Below are positions 38,190 through 50,338 of a stretch of DNA of 60,000 nt, piece by piece. Position 1 is the stretch's first letter. Every line of letters starts with the position of its first letter. Location of the stretch: positions 44,952,001 to 45,012,000 of the forward strand of contig NC_087437.1 in NCBI RefSeq assembly GCF_036321535.1, written 5' to 3'. The notes under the pieces were generated by a model. That model worked only from the letters and a program-made list of their open reading frames with translations. It was not told the origin of the DNA and made no database searches. The stretch comes from Camelus dromedarius. Its lineage: Eukaryota. Made by a program: the position numbers and the translations under genes.

Positions 38190-40690
38190 TTTATTCCAGG
38201 GATGCAAGAATGTTTTACATTTGCAAATAATCACTGTGACATACTGCATTAACAAAAAGGATAAAAAAACACATGATCATCTGAATAGATGTTGAAAAAG
38301 CATTTGACAAAATTTAATGTCCATTCATAATAAAAACTCATCAAAGTTGGTAGGGAGGGAACATATCTCAGCATAATAAAGGTCACTTATGATAAACCCA
38401 CAGGTCACATCATACTCAGTGGTGAAAAACAGAAAGCCTTTCCTCTAAAAACAAGAAGACAAGGATGTTCACTCTTCGACAATTCTATTTAACACAGTAT
38501 TGTAAGTCCTAGCCACAACAATCAGACAAAAAATATATGAAAGAAGAAAGAAAGAAAAGAAAGAAGGAAGGAGGGAAGGAAGGAAGAAAGGAAGGAAAGA
38601 AGGTAAGAAAAAAAGAGAAAAAGAAAAGAATCCAAATTGGAGGAGAAGTAAAACTGGCACTATCTGCAGATGGCGTGATACTGTATATAGAAAACTCTAA
38701 AGTCTCCACCAAAAAACTATTAGAGCTAATATATGAATTCAGTAAAGTTGCAGGATACAAAATTAATATATAGATATCTGTTGCTTTTCCATACACTAAT
38801 AAATTAACCATAAGAAAAAAACAATAACAAAAAAAAACCCATTTAAAATAGCATCAAAAAGAATAAAATACCTAAGAATAAACTTAACCAAGGAAGAAAA
38901 AGACCTATATGCTGAAAACTGTAAAACACTGGTGAAGGAAACTGAAGATGTTAGAAGGAAACGGAAAGATATTCTATGCTCTTGGATTAGAAGAACTAAT
39001 ATGGTTAAAATGTTCATACTAATCACAGCAATCTACAGATTTAATGCAGTCTCTCTCAAAATACCCGTATCTTTCACAGAACTAGAATAAATAATACTAA
39101 AATTTATATAAAATTACAAAAGATCTTAAATTGCTAAAGCAATCTTTAGGAAAAAGAATGGAGCTGAAGTATTATGCTCCCTGACTTCAGACTATACTAC
39201 AAAGCTGCAGTAATCAAAGCAGTATGATACTAGCACCAAAAGAGACATATAGACCAATGGAACAGGATAGATGGACAAGAAGCAAACCCAGGCACCTATG
39301 GCCAATTAATCTACAACAAAGGAGGCAAGAATATACAATAGAGAAAAGACAGTCTCTTCAATAAGTGAGGCTGGAAAACTGGACAGCTACATGTAAAAAA
39401 ATGAGGTAAGAACATTTCCTCCTAACATACAAAAATAAACTCAAAATGGATTAAGTACCTAAATATAAGACCTGAAACCATAACTCTTAGAAGAACAGAG
39501 GTAGAACATGTTAATATAAATTATAGTAATATTTTGGGGGGTATCTGTCTCCTAACGCAAAGGAAACAAGAGCAAAAATGAACAAACAGGACCTAATTAA
39601 ACTTAAAAGATTCTCCTCAGCAACGAAAACCATCAGCAAAAGACAACCTACTGAATGGGAGAAAATATTTGCAAGTGATATGACTGATAACAGGTTAATA
39701 TTCAAAATATATAAACAGCTCATACAACTCAATATCAAAAAAACCTAATAACCCAATAAGAATAAATGGGCAGAAGACCTGTATTCAGGTCTCCTGAACA
39801 ATTTTCCACAAAAGATATACAGATAGCTAACAGACATATGAAAAGATGCTCAGCATGGCTAACTATTAAAGAAATGAAAATCAAAAACAGCAAGGTTATC
39901 ACTTCACACCTGTCAGAATGGCTATCACCAAAAAGTATACAAATAAAAATGTTGGTGAGGATGTAGAGAAAAGGGAACCCTTTGCACTGTTGATGGAAAT
40001 GAAGATTGGTGCAGCCACTGTGGAAAACAGTATGCAGTTTCCTTAAAAATCTAAAAGTGGAACTATAATATAATCCAGCAATTTCACTGCTGGGTATATA
40101 TCTGTAGAAAATAAATACTAATTCGAGAAGTTACATGCACCCCAATGTTCACAGCAGCATTATTTACAAAAGCTGTGATATGGAAGCAACTCAAGTGTCC
40201 ATCAACAGATAAAGGATAAAGATGTGGATCTACACACACACACACAATGGAATATTATTCAGCCTTAAAGAAAACAACAAAATTCTGCCAATTACAACAA
40301 TGTAGATGGACCTAGAGTATTATGCTTAATGAAATAAGTCACAGAAAGACAAATACCAATCCAGTGTTATCACTTACATGTTGAATTTAAAAAATAAAAC
40401 AAATGAATGTATACAACAAAACAGAAATAAACTTGAGATATGGAAAACAAACTAGTGGTCACCAGTGGGTAAAGAGAAGAGGGGAGGGGCAAAATAGGGG
40501 TATGGGATTAATAGATGTAAACTACTATGTATAAAATAGATAAGCAACAATGATTGTACAGCAGAGGACATTATAGCCATTATTTTGTAATAACTTTAAA
40601 TGAACTACAATCTATAAAAATACTGAATTACTATGCTGTACAGCTAAACAAGTATAATATTGTAAATCAACTATACTTCAATAATAAAAG
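38190..40690 (+). mobile_element. 5'-truncated LINE-1 (RT domain to 3' end)
   Basis: tttattccagggatgcaagaat…; ORF 38537-38773 [47 protein letters not shown]; 3' end tgtaaatcaactatacttcaataataaaa. Confidence 0.93.
38539..38629 (+). repeat. Purine-rich (GAAA/GGAA)n low-complexity expansion inside L1 ORF2
   Basis: gaaagaagaaagaaagaaaagaaagaaggaaggagggaaggaagg…. Confidence 0.9.
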
Positions 40691-41683
40691 CAAACATTTC
40701 AAAGTGATAAATTTGTAATCTAAAATTTGAATCAAGAGGATGTAACAATCTTAAAGAATGTATGTACCAACTTGATCTAATTGACATTTATGGAACATTC
40801 CACTGAACAACAGCTGAATCATAATCTTTATTTCTTTATTCATATTCTCTGCAAGATATAAAATACCACACTTTCTTCAAGAAAAAGTAAGTAAACTAAA
40901 TAACCTTAAAATTAATTTGATTTTTGTTTAAATATTTCACAAAGCAAACACCAAGGTGACATTGATTCACTTGTGAATTCTAAAAACTATTTAAGAAAAA
41001 TAATACAAATTTTAGACACACTCTTTCAGAAACTGCAGAGGAAGAAATACTTTCCTACTTACTCTATGAGGCCAGCACTGTCTTGATAATCAAAAAGGTA
41101 AAATAATTACAAAAAGGAAAACTGCATAATGCATACAGGTTTAAAATTCTTTTAAAAAGTTTAGCAGATTAGAGTGATATTTTAAAATAGGACATCCATA
41201 TTAACTGGGGATTATTTTAGGAATACAAAATGTTTTAACATAAAAGTCAATGTAGTTCACTATATTAACAGACCAGAAATAACTATATAGATAGATCAAC
41301 AAAAATGAACCTTGACACATATCTCACAGAATATATAAAAAATTGACTTGAAATATATTATAGACTCAAATATCAGGGTAGTAACTATAAAACTTTAAGA
41401 AAACACGAGAAAGTCTTTGTGACCATAAATTAAGCAATGATTTATTTGATAAGAAAGAACAAAACCATAAATTAAAATACATTGAACTTACCAGTATTTA
41501 AAAATTTTGCTCTTTAAATGGAATTTTTAAGAAAAAGAGGAAGCAAGCCATTCGGGAGCAAAGTAATTGAGAAAAATTATTTGTGAAGCATATATAATAA
41601 AGGAACTTATTTAGAATATATAAAGAACTCTTGTACCTCAATAATAAAAACAAAAACAACCAACAATTAAAAACAGTGGGCAA

Positions 41684-42963
41684 GGAGGCAAGAACACAAA
41701 GTGGAGAAAAGACAGTCTCTTCAATAAATGGTGTTGGGAAAATCGAACAGCTACATGTAAAAGAATGAAATTAGAACATTTTCTAACATCATATACGAAA
41801 ATAAACTCAAAATGGATTAAAGACCTTAATGTAAGGCCGGATACTATAAAACTTCTAGAGGAAAACATAGAACACTCTTTGACATAAATCACAGCAATAT
41901 ATATTTTTTTCGATCCATCTTCTAGAATAAAAGAAACAAAAGCAAAAATAAACAAATGGGACCTCATTAAACTTACAAGCTTTTGCACAGTGAAAGAAAC
42001 CATAAACAAAATGAAAGACAACTTACAGAATGGCAGAAAATATTTGAAAAGGATATGACTGACAAGGGATTAATTTCCAATATATAAAAACAGCTCATAC
42101 AACTTAAAATCATAAAATCAAAAAACCCAACAAAAAATGGGCAGAGGACCTAAACAGATGTTTCTCCAAAGAAAACATACAGATGGCTAACAGACATATG
42201 AAAAGATGCTCAACATCACTAATTATTAGAGAAATGCAAATCAAAACTACAATGAGATATCACCTCACACTGGTCAGAATGGCCATCAAAAAGTCTACAA
42301 ATAACAAATGCCGGAGAGGGTGTGGAGAAAAGGAAATACTCCCACACTGTTGGTGAGAATGTAAGTTGGTGCAGCCACTATGGAAAACAGTATGTAGGTT
42401 CCTTAAAAAAACTAGAGTTACCATATGATCCAGCAATTCCACTCCTGGGCATATATCCAGAAAAAACAAAACTAATTCAAAAAGATACATGCACCCCAAT
42501 GTTCATAGCAGCACTATTTACAATAGCCAAGACATGAAAGCAACCTAAATGTCCATCAACAGAGGACTGGATAAAGAAGTAGTGCAATATATACACAATG
42601 GACTATTACTCAGACATAAAAAGAATGAAATAATGCCATTTGTGGCAACATGGATGGAGCTAGAGAGTATCATACTAAGTGAAGTAAGTCAGACAGAGAA
42701 AAACAAATATCACGTTATCACTTATATGTGGTATCTAAAAAAAGACACAGGAGAACTTATTTACAAAACAGAAACAGACTCACAGACATAGAAAACAATC
42801 TTGTGGTTATCAAATGGGAAAGTGAGGGTAGGGATACATTGAGAGTTCAGGATTTGCAGATACTACCTACTACCCATAACACAGATAAACAGTAAGAACC
42901 TACTCTATAGCACAGGGAACTATATTCAATATCTTGTAATAACCTATAATGGAAAGGAATCTG
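41684..42963 (+). mobile_element. Younger LINE-1 ORF2 C-terminus/3' UTR, truncated at both ends, TSD-flanked
   Basis: ORF 42322-42537 [40 protein letters not shown]. Flanks aaacagtgggcaa (41671-41683) and aaacagaatgggcaa (42964-42978). Confidence 0.92.
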
Positions 42964-43390
42964 AAACAGAATGGGCAAAATTTTGAGCAGATATCTCACC
43001 AAAGAAGAGTTGGCAAAATAAGTCCAAAAAAGCTGTAATAAGTTACCTCTGCACAAAGAATGATAATACCAAATTTTCATAACAATATGAAGCTGCTGAA
43101 GCTCATACATTACTGCTGGCAAGAGAATGGTACAGCCACTCTGGGAAACAATTTCACAATCTCTTATAAATTAAATATATACACCATGTGACTCCTAACA
43201 GATTTCTTTATAAACCAGAGATGACTCAAATATTCATGAACTGTTGAAATGATACAACACATTGTGGTATATCCACACAATGGGTTACTTCCCAGGAATA
43301 AAAAGAAGCAAATATTCTGATATACACAATAACCTGGAGAGCTCTTAAGAGCATTATGCTAAGTGAAATAAGTCATATTCAGAAGTCTAG

Positions 43391-43883
43391 TGTTGGGAGA
43401 AAATTCTCCATGGCATTTCTACACATTTTGTGATAGCTTTTGTTGAAGACCCTCTTTTCAAGAATGTTTGTTATTCAAGCTCCTTGGGAGCAAGAGATAG
43501 TGTCTTTCTCAAGGTGAAAGGACAGATCTGTTTCCTAACCAGTATAATAATGACATTGTCTCCCTGTTGGGGCAAAGGGTGGGTAGATTGATGACAATTT
43601 ATTAAAAAGACCAGAGGTATCCTAACTCAGGGGTCCTTAGCTGTTAACAGATCCACTAATGTGCAGCAATCTCCTGGGCCCACCTTGCACCACCCACCAT
43701 GGAACTTGAGGGGGCAAGGTAAATGGGTGACAACATGAAGCTTATGCTGTCTGTTGTGCTGTGTGTAATAAACTCTCAAAATCCAACTGGAGTATTGTCC
43801 ACTTACCAGCCAAATTTATGGGTCTCTGGCAAGCCAATCTAGCAACTTCTACCACTGTGCTGCTGCTTGGGAACCACTTGGCA
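43391..43883 (+). mobile_element. ERVL-class solo LTR (MER54/MER74/LTR53-like; subfamily uncertain)
   Basis: tgttgggagaaaattctccatgg … gctgtgtgtaataaactc (PAS) … ttggca; interrupts the host L1M 3' end. Confidence 0.7.
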
Positions 43884-44318
43884 ATTACATCATGTAATAC
43901 TGCATTTACATGAACTCCTAGAAAAGGCAAATTTATAGTGGCAGAACCGGATTAGGGTATGCTAGGATGCAGGGTAAGGCATTTATTGCAAAATGGGCAA
44001 AGGACAACTTTTGAGGTGATGGACATGTTTTATATCTTGATTGTGGGTGTGGTTATGTAACTGAATAGATCTGTCAAACCTCAAAATGTATACTTAAAAC
44101 TGATAAATTTATGTTAAAATTTAATTCAATAAAAATATCGAGAGTTTGTAATAAAAAAAACAGAAAAAATGGAGGGAGAAGACTAACAAAAAATAATGGA
44201 GGATAATTTGGTAAAATGAGAGCACAATCATTGTAAGGTCCTACTGATTTGTCACCATAAACATGCTGTAAAAATTTAAAGCACCAAGTTTTAAATGTTC
44301 TAGAAAGTAAAAACAAAG

Positions 44319-46174
44319 CAGAGGGTGACCAAGATGGCAGAGTAGGAGCTGGAGCTCACCTCCTCTCACAGACAAACCAAAACCATGACTAACTGCAGAA
44401 TAACTAGCAATAAAAAAGACTGGAAACTACCAGAAAGCATCTTCTGTGGCTAAAAACGAAGAAACCACAAGATGACTGACAGGAGGGGCCAACTCGTAGT
44501 ATAATCAGGTCCCACACCCTCCAGGTGGGCGACCCACACACTGGGGAATAATTACATGGCAGAGGTTTTCCCATGGGAGTGAGAGTTTCGAGTACCACAT
44601 CAGACTCCTCAGTCTGGGGGTCTGGCACCCGGAAAAGGAGTCCCCAGAATGTTGGCTCTGAAGGCCAGTGGGCCTCGATTACTGGAGGAATCAAAGACTA
44701 TATGCTTAACGGTCGCACAGAAAATCCCACGCTCACTGGGACCAAGAACAAAAGCAGTAATTTCACAGAAGCCTGGGCTGGACCTACCTGATGTGCTTGG
44801 GGGTCTCCTGGGCGAGTATGTGGTGGCTGTGGTCACCCTGGGGGCATAGACATAGTGGCAGACAGTGGCAGACAGTCAGGGATGTTCATCTGAATGAACT
44901 CTCCTTCCTGAAGGCTGACATCTTTCTTGGACATTAGCACCAAGACTTGGCCCCATGCAACAGCCTTTAGGCTCCAGAACTGGGATGCCTCAGGCCAGAC
45001 AACTAACTAGGTGGGGACATATCCACACCCATCAGCAGACACTGCCTAAGGCTGACCCCACAGCTGCCGCTACACACAGCCAGGCCCACCAGAAAGAACC
45101 AGCTCCACCCAGCAGTGGGCAGGTTCCAGCCTCCCCGACCCGGAAGCCTACATCAGCCTCCAGACCCGTCTCACCCACCAAGGGGCAGACATTAGAAGCT
45201 AGAAAACTTTGATCTCACAAACTGCAAAACCAAGTCCATAAACACAGGTCAGAATTTATCCTGGGAACCAGCTGCCACAGGCTCCTGGGTGATGGGAGGG
45301 GAGGGCACTGCCGGAACGCTTAGGGTGCCTCCTACAGAGGGCCCTCCTCCAAGGTCGAGAAAATAACTACCCTACACAAAAATACAAATAAAAACTTAGA
45401 CCAAATGAGGCGGTAGAGGAACATGTTCTAGGCAAAGTCACAAGATAAAATTGCAGAAGAAGAAATAAGTGGTGATGAAATAAACAATCTACCCAAGGAA
45501 GAGTAATCTACCCAACCAGAGAGCTCAGGAGGAGAAGAGATGCAGAGTGAAGTTTGTAGCAAAGAGTTAGAAAGTATAAAGAACAACCAGAGTTGAAGAA
45601 TAAAATCAGTGAAATGAATAACACACTAGAAGGAACCAAGAATAGACTAAATGAGGCAGAAGTACGGATCAATGAGCTAGAAGACAGATTAGTGGAAATC
45701 ATGACTGCAGAAGAGAAAAAAGAATGAAAAGAAATTAGAGTATTTTAAGAGAACTCTGGGACAATATGAAGAACACTAATATTCATATTACAGGGGTCAC
45801 AGAAAGAGGAGAGAGAGAGAAAGGACCTGAAAAAAATTTTGAAGAGATAATAACCAAAAACTTCCCCAGCTTGGAAAGAAAGTCACTCAAGCCCAGGAAG
45901 CACAGAGTTCCACACAAGGTCAACCCAAAGAGGAACATACCAAGGCACATAGTCATCAAACTGACAACGATTAAGGGTAAGTAGAATATATTAAAATCAG
46001 CAAGAGAAATGCAACAAATAGCGTACAAGGGAGCTCCCATAAGGTTATCAGCTGATTTTTCAGCAGAAACTCTACAGGCCAGAAGGAAGGGCATGACATA
46101 TTCAAAGTGAAGGAAGGGAAAAACCTACAACCAAGAATACTCTGTCCAGCAAGGCTCTTGTACAGAATGTTACC
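44319..46174 (+). mobile_element. LINE-1 5' UTR + ORF1 only
   Basis: 5' end ccaagatggcagagtaggagctggagctcacctcctctcac. ORF 45766-45984 NIHITGVTERGEREKGPEKNFEEIITKNFPSL…NPKRNIPRHIVIKL. Stops within late ORF1 (cagcaaggctcttgtacagaat). Confidence 0.93.
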
Positions 46175-46306
46175 AAAACAAAGTTATTTTTTAAAAAAAT
46201 CAAATTACAACAGGTCTAACTAAAATCAGACTATCATCAACACTTTCAAATTTTAAGGAGAATGATTTAATCCCATAATTCTATAAACAATTAGATCTTA
46301 GTATGT

Positions 46307-46811
46307 TGTATTAGTCAGGGTTCTCTAGAGAACCAGAAACAACAGGAAATACATATGTATGCATGTATCTAGAAGAGATTTAATATAAGGCACTGGCTTA
46401 TGCGATTATGGAGGTTAAGTCCCATTATATGCCATCTGCAAGCTGGAGACCCAGGAAAGTCAGTGGTTTAGCTGGAAAGCCTGAAAGCTGGAGAGCTGTT
46501 GGTGTAGATTCCAGTTCAAGACTGAAAGCCTGAGAACCAGGAGCACTGAGGGCAGTGAAGATTGATGGTCCAGCTCAGCTGGGCAGAGAGTGAACTTATC
46601 CACCCTCTGCAGTTTTGTTCTATTCAGTTTCTCCAGGAATTGGATGATATCCACCCTCACTGGGGAGGGCAATCTACTTTACTCAGCCCACCAACTCAGA
46701 TGTTAATTTCTTTCAGAAACACTGCCACAGACACATCTGGAAATAATATTGAACCAACTCTCTGGGCATCCTGTGGTTCAGACAAGGTAGCACACAAAAT
46801 TAACCATCACA
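46307..46811 (-). mobile_element. MLT2-type (ERVL) solo LTR
   Basis: tgtattagtcagggttctctagagaaccagaaacaacagg … cacaaaattaaccatcaca; degenerate 5-bp TSD tatgt/catct. Confidence 0.9.
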
Positions 46812-46909
46812 CATCTTATGCTGCCCTGTATATGCTGGCCATACCCACGTGTCTAATCTCATTGGCCTTTTGTTATAATCTTGAGCTTTCCTGGCACCTT
46901 CCTGAGACA

Positions 46910-47272
46910 GGGCTTTCTTTACACATACTGTTGTCACTGCTGGGGATGCACTTACCTTCTCGATTTGCTCATTAGGTCCTCCTGCTCATCCTTCAGATTC
47001 CAGGTAGATTTTCACCTTTTTATGAAATTGTGCCAGGACATATCAAATACTCCTATTGTTTGTTCCCAAAGAAACATGAACTTTTCTGTCATGGAAATTA
47101 TTTCAGTTGTAATTTTTGAGTGTGTGTGTGTGTATGTATGATGGATTCCCTCACCAGAATGTAGATTTTATAAACATAAAATCAATGTCTTATTTACTCA
47201 CCATTTGATCTCAAATGCCTTGTGTGTTCGGCACCAAGTAGGCATCCAATATATACTTCTTCATTAGATGAT
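46910..47272 (+). mobile_element. L2 3' region
   Basis: ctttacacatactgttgtcactgctgggg…cctgctcatccttcagattccagg…ggcaccaagtaggcatccaatatatac. Confidence 0.6.
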
Positions 47273-48729
47273 TAAAAGGAAAAATGAAAGCTGCTTGGAA
47301 GAGTCTGGATAATCTTAATCCTCTTGCCTGAAAAAGGAAAGAGAAAGTAACATACCTCTGTGAGCTTAAACTTTTCAACAGGCCCAGGGAGAGTTCTGCC
47401 CCATGTGACTTTAAGTGTCAGTTCAACTGAGCACTGGAGTGCCCTCCTCATGGGAGAGGTGGTGAGAGGCAAAGGTAAGAGAGAGGAGCATCTCTACTTG
47501 TTTCCAATCATCACCAATGTGGCCTCCATCCTTAGAGGCAGATGTTTCTGTACCTTTTCCTTGGAAAATCACTCTATTTTCTACTTTAGGAAACCTATGG
47601 AAAACACTTGTCCAGCAATGCACTGTTCCAATTTTGTCTGTTGCTACAAAATTTCCTCTGCTTCTGATTTGTTTTTTATCATTTTAATGGGGCTTTAAAA
47701 TGGTAAGGGGGAAAAATGTTATATTTAATCTGCCATCTTGAAATGGAAGATCTCCATGAATTCTAAATTTCAATAGTTATTTTACTATTACAGACAATGC
47801 CAATTTCTACTGCAACCGCCAGTGAATGGAAACGCATATTTTCCCCCAGATTAGACAATGGAGTGAAAATTATGGAAGGGAATAGACATTATGGGGGCAT
47901 TAATTTTGGAAAAAAATTATAAGATTAAAATAAGTAAGGGATCCAAAAGCAAAGGCCACCTGTGAATAATTCTAGAGTAACAACCTGCAACAACATTAGA
48001 ACTTGAGCAAGTGGGAAATAAATAGATTTTAGCTATAAAATCTCAATTTTTGCTAAGACAAAGTAATTATTTGCAGGAAAAAAAACGCACCTACATATAT
48101 ATATATAATTTTACATGTATATACTATTGCCTCAATTTCTCTAACATTAAATTTAGATCATCCAAGTTAAAACAGGAAATATTTTCATCATAATCAAAGT
48201 AAACACAAAACATTGGATTTATTTGCTTAATGGGTGCAACCAAATTTATAATATATATAACACCATCCACTTACTTGAGAATTGTAATTCTCACTCCCTT
48301 AGGTTACCTAGGGGCTCGCCTGGCTAGGTATCCTTGATGAAATTTTATTTTGAAGACTTACTTGCTTTACGTCACCCTGGTATGTGAAAGGCTGTAGCTA
48401 GAAACTGTTCAGGAAATGTTCTCAAGTTACATGTTCTTGAAGACTTCTTAGTATGTAAACAAGAAGACAATAACTTACTAGGAGCAGGAAGTCTACAGTG
48501 GCCACCCAGGAACTATCAAATCATCTTGTTTACTTCTCTGTAAAACAATAATCTTTCACTGATACTGTTCTTTGAAATTTGAGTGTGGGTTTGTGTGAGT
48601 GTATTTGTATAAACAGTCTCACCCTTGTCTCTCACCAGCAAGCTCCATGAGAGTCTATTTGACTTGCTGTATCTCTAGGGTCTAGAGGTCAACTTGGTGC
48701 TCAACAAGTATTTAATGAATGAATAGTTT

Positions 48730-49450
48730 CTCTAGAAAAGTATGGAAAATAACATTTAAAAATCTGTCCCTAAAATTAGTTAGTATGTGAATTGTGTATT
48801 CAACAAAAAAATACAATAGTCCTTTGAAAAAGTTATTTTTAGCTTTGGCCATATAGATCATAATTTATACGAAAACATGCAGTGATAGGTAATAAATTAG
48901 ACAGCAAACCAAATCCAAAAAGATTGTAATAAAGGAGTGAAATGGGTCAAAAATTCAACTGCAAAAATTCAACTAAGATATGGAATGCCTAGCTTACCAT
49001 CACTATATCTACCAAAAAAAATTTTTTTTGGTGTTAATTTCTGTAAGAAGGAATGTGGTATGACTACCAAAATGTGTTAATCTAATCTTATACTAAATTC
49101 ATAGAAATATAATGCAGGGCAAGGGAGCTGATGGCCGACATATTTGTTATGACAGAGCTAACAGAATGTTTTATTCAGTACTGTGCACGAATTTAAAAGA
49201 ACAACACTGATAAACAAGACTATATCCAAAGGAACATGACCAAAATAATGGAAAGTGAAGGAAACTTGATTTCCAGCTAAAAGTAGAGATCTAAAGATAC
49301 ATTATAGCCTTTCTGACCCATCTTATATCCCCAAAAAATGAAATAACAAGAAAAAAATTAACCTAAGCTGGAAGAGGTTCCCTGAGTGGACCAGAAAACA
49401 TAAGAAATTCCAGTCATCCAAGAATGCATAGAGAAGAATAATATCAAAAA
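48730..49450 (+). mobile_element. Very old L1ME-type ORF2 relic
   Basis: aatagtcctttgaaaaag…aattcaactaagatatggaat…ctgacccatcttatatccccaaaa. Confidence 0.4.
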
Positions 49451-49776
49451 AGGAGGGCTTTATAGCCTTCAGGAGGAATCCCAGAGCCACAGAGCCAGGA
49501 GCAACTAAACAGGTGAAAACTTGAGACCACTAGTATTAGCATCCAAGTGGGTCCACCTGCGCTTACATTGCCCCCTCTTTGCCCACAAAGCCGCACTGGG
49601 GTATCTGCCTCCATGTTTAAGCAGAAGGTGAAGGAACTTGGGTCAGAGAGCATTCTCGAGGATTGCCCACCCCAAAGACACATGGAGAGTACCCATGCTC
49701 AGACTGACGTAGTCTACATGCACGCCATGAGGTTTTGTCATTCTCACAAACTCACCTTCTTGTCCTTCCCTGCCAC

Positions 49777-50338
49777 TGTCGCGGAACCAGGTCTGTTTGC
49801 CCAGCCTGCGGCAAGCCAAAGCCCAGAGATGCCGCGGTTTGCGGCAAAGACCGGATTTATTCACAAGGCAGCCAAGAGAGGAACCAGGAAAACAAATAGC
49901 CCCGCCTCCTCCGAGGCAAGGGGCTCTGGGTATTTGAGGGATAACCAATCAAGCAGCAGGGCGGCCCCACGTGTGGGGAGTGTGGGAGAGGGGATTGGGC
50001 AAAGGTGCGGTGATTGTAGTCCTGGCCCCGGTAACTAGGCTGCAGTCTTTTGCAGGGTCTAAATTGGACGCTGTTAGCAAGATCTGAGGATAGAGTGCCG
50101 AACACTCACGCATGCCCAGTTGGAGGGTAAGGGGTTTTATCCAGTCTCAACTAGCTGAGCTCAAACTAGGTTGACTAGCAGCTGACTCCAAATTCCTGTA
50201 AAGTAATTCAGGCAAATGTCTTATTTAGGCCACGTGCTGCTTAGAGAACAATCAAGTCTTTTCTCACAACAATAAAAAACGACCTTGATTAGTGAAGGCA
50301 GGTGAAACAGATTTGACTAATGATTACCCACAGTTTCA
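49777..50338 (-). mobile_element. CpG-retaining ERV1-class solo LTR
   Basis: TG…CA ends (tgtcgcggaacc…cacagtttca), tttatt minus-strand PAS at 49856-49861, many CpGs against a CpG-poor background. Confidence 0.8.

Larger units (their letters stand above)
37250..44135 (+). mobile_element. Old L1M (L1MC-like) element, 5' region to 3' end, host to three younger insertions
   Basis: 5'/ORF1 relic 37250-38190; ORF2 relics 40690-41683 (ctctatgaggccagcactgtcttgataatcaaaa); 3' end 42964-44135 (gaggtgatggacatgttttatatcttgattgtgg…ttaattcaataaaaa). Confidence 0.7.

Noticed and set aside
38469..38811. Phe/Ser/Leu-rich 'membrane protein' ORFs and a Lys/Glu-rich ORF
   Set aside because: Translations of the GAAA/GGAA microsatellite inside L1 ORF2.
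46562..46975. 137-aa ORF
   Set aside because: Spans the MLT2 LTR and L2 sequence; no coding features.
49547..50038. Longest ORF in the track (163 aa)
   Set aside because: Starts at GTG and runs across an LTR boundary; openness is explained by local GC richness.
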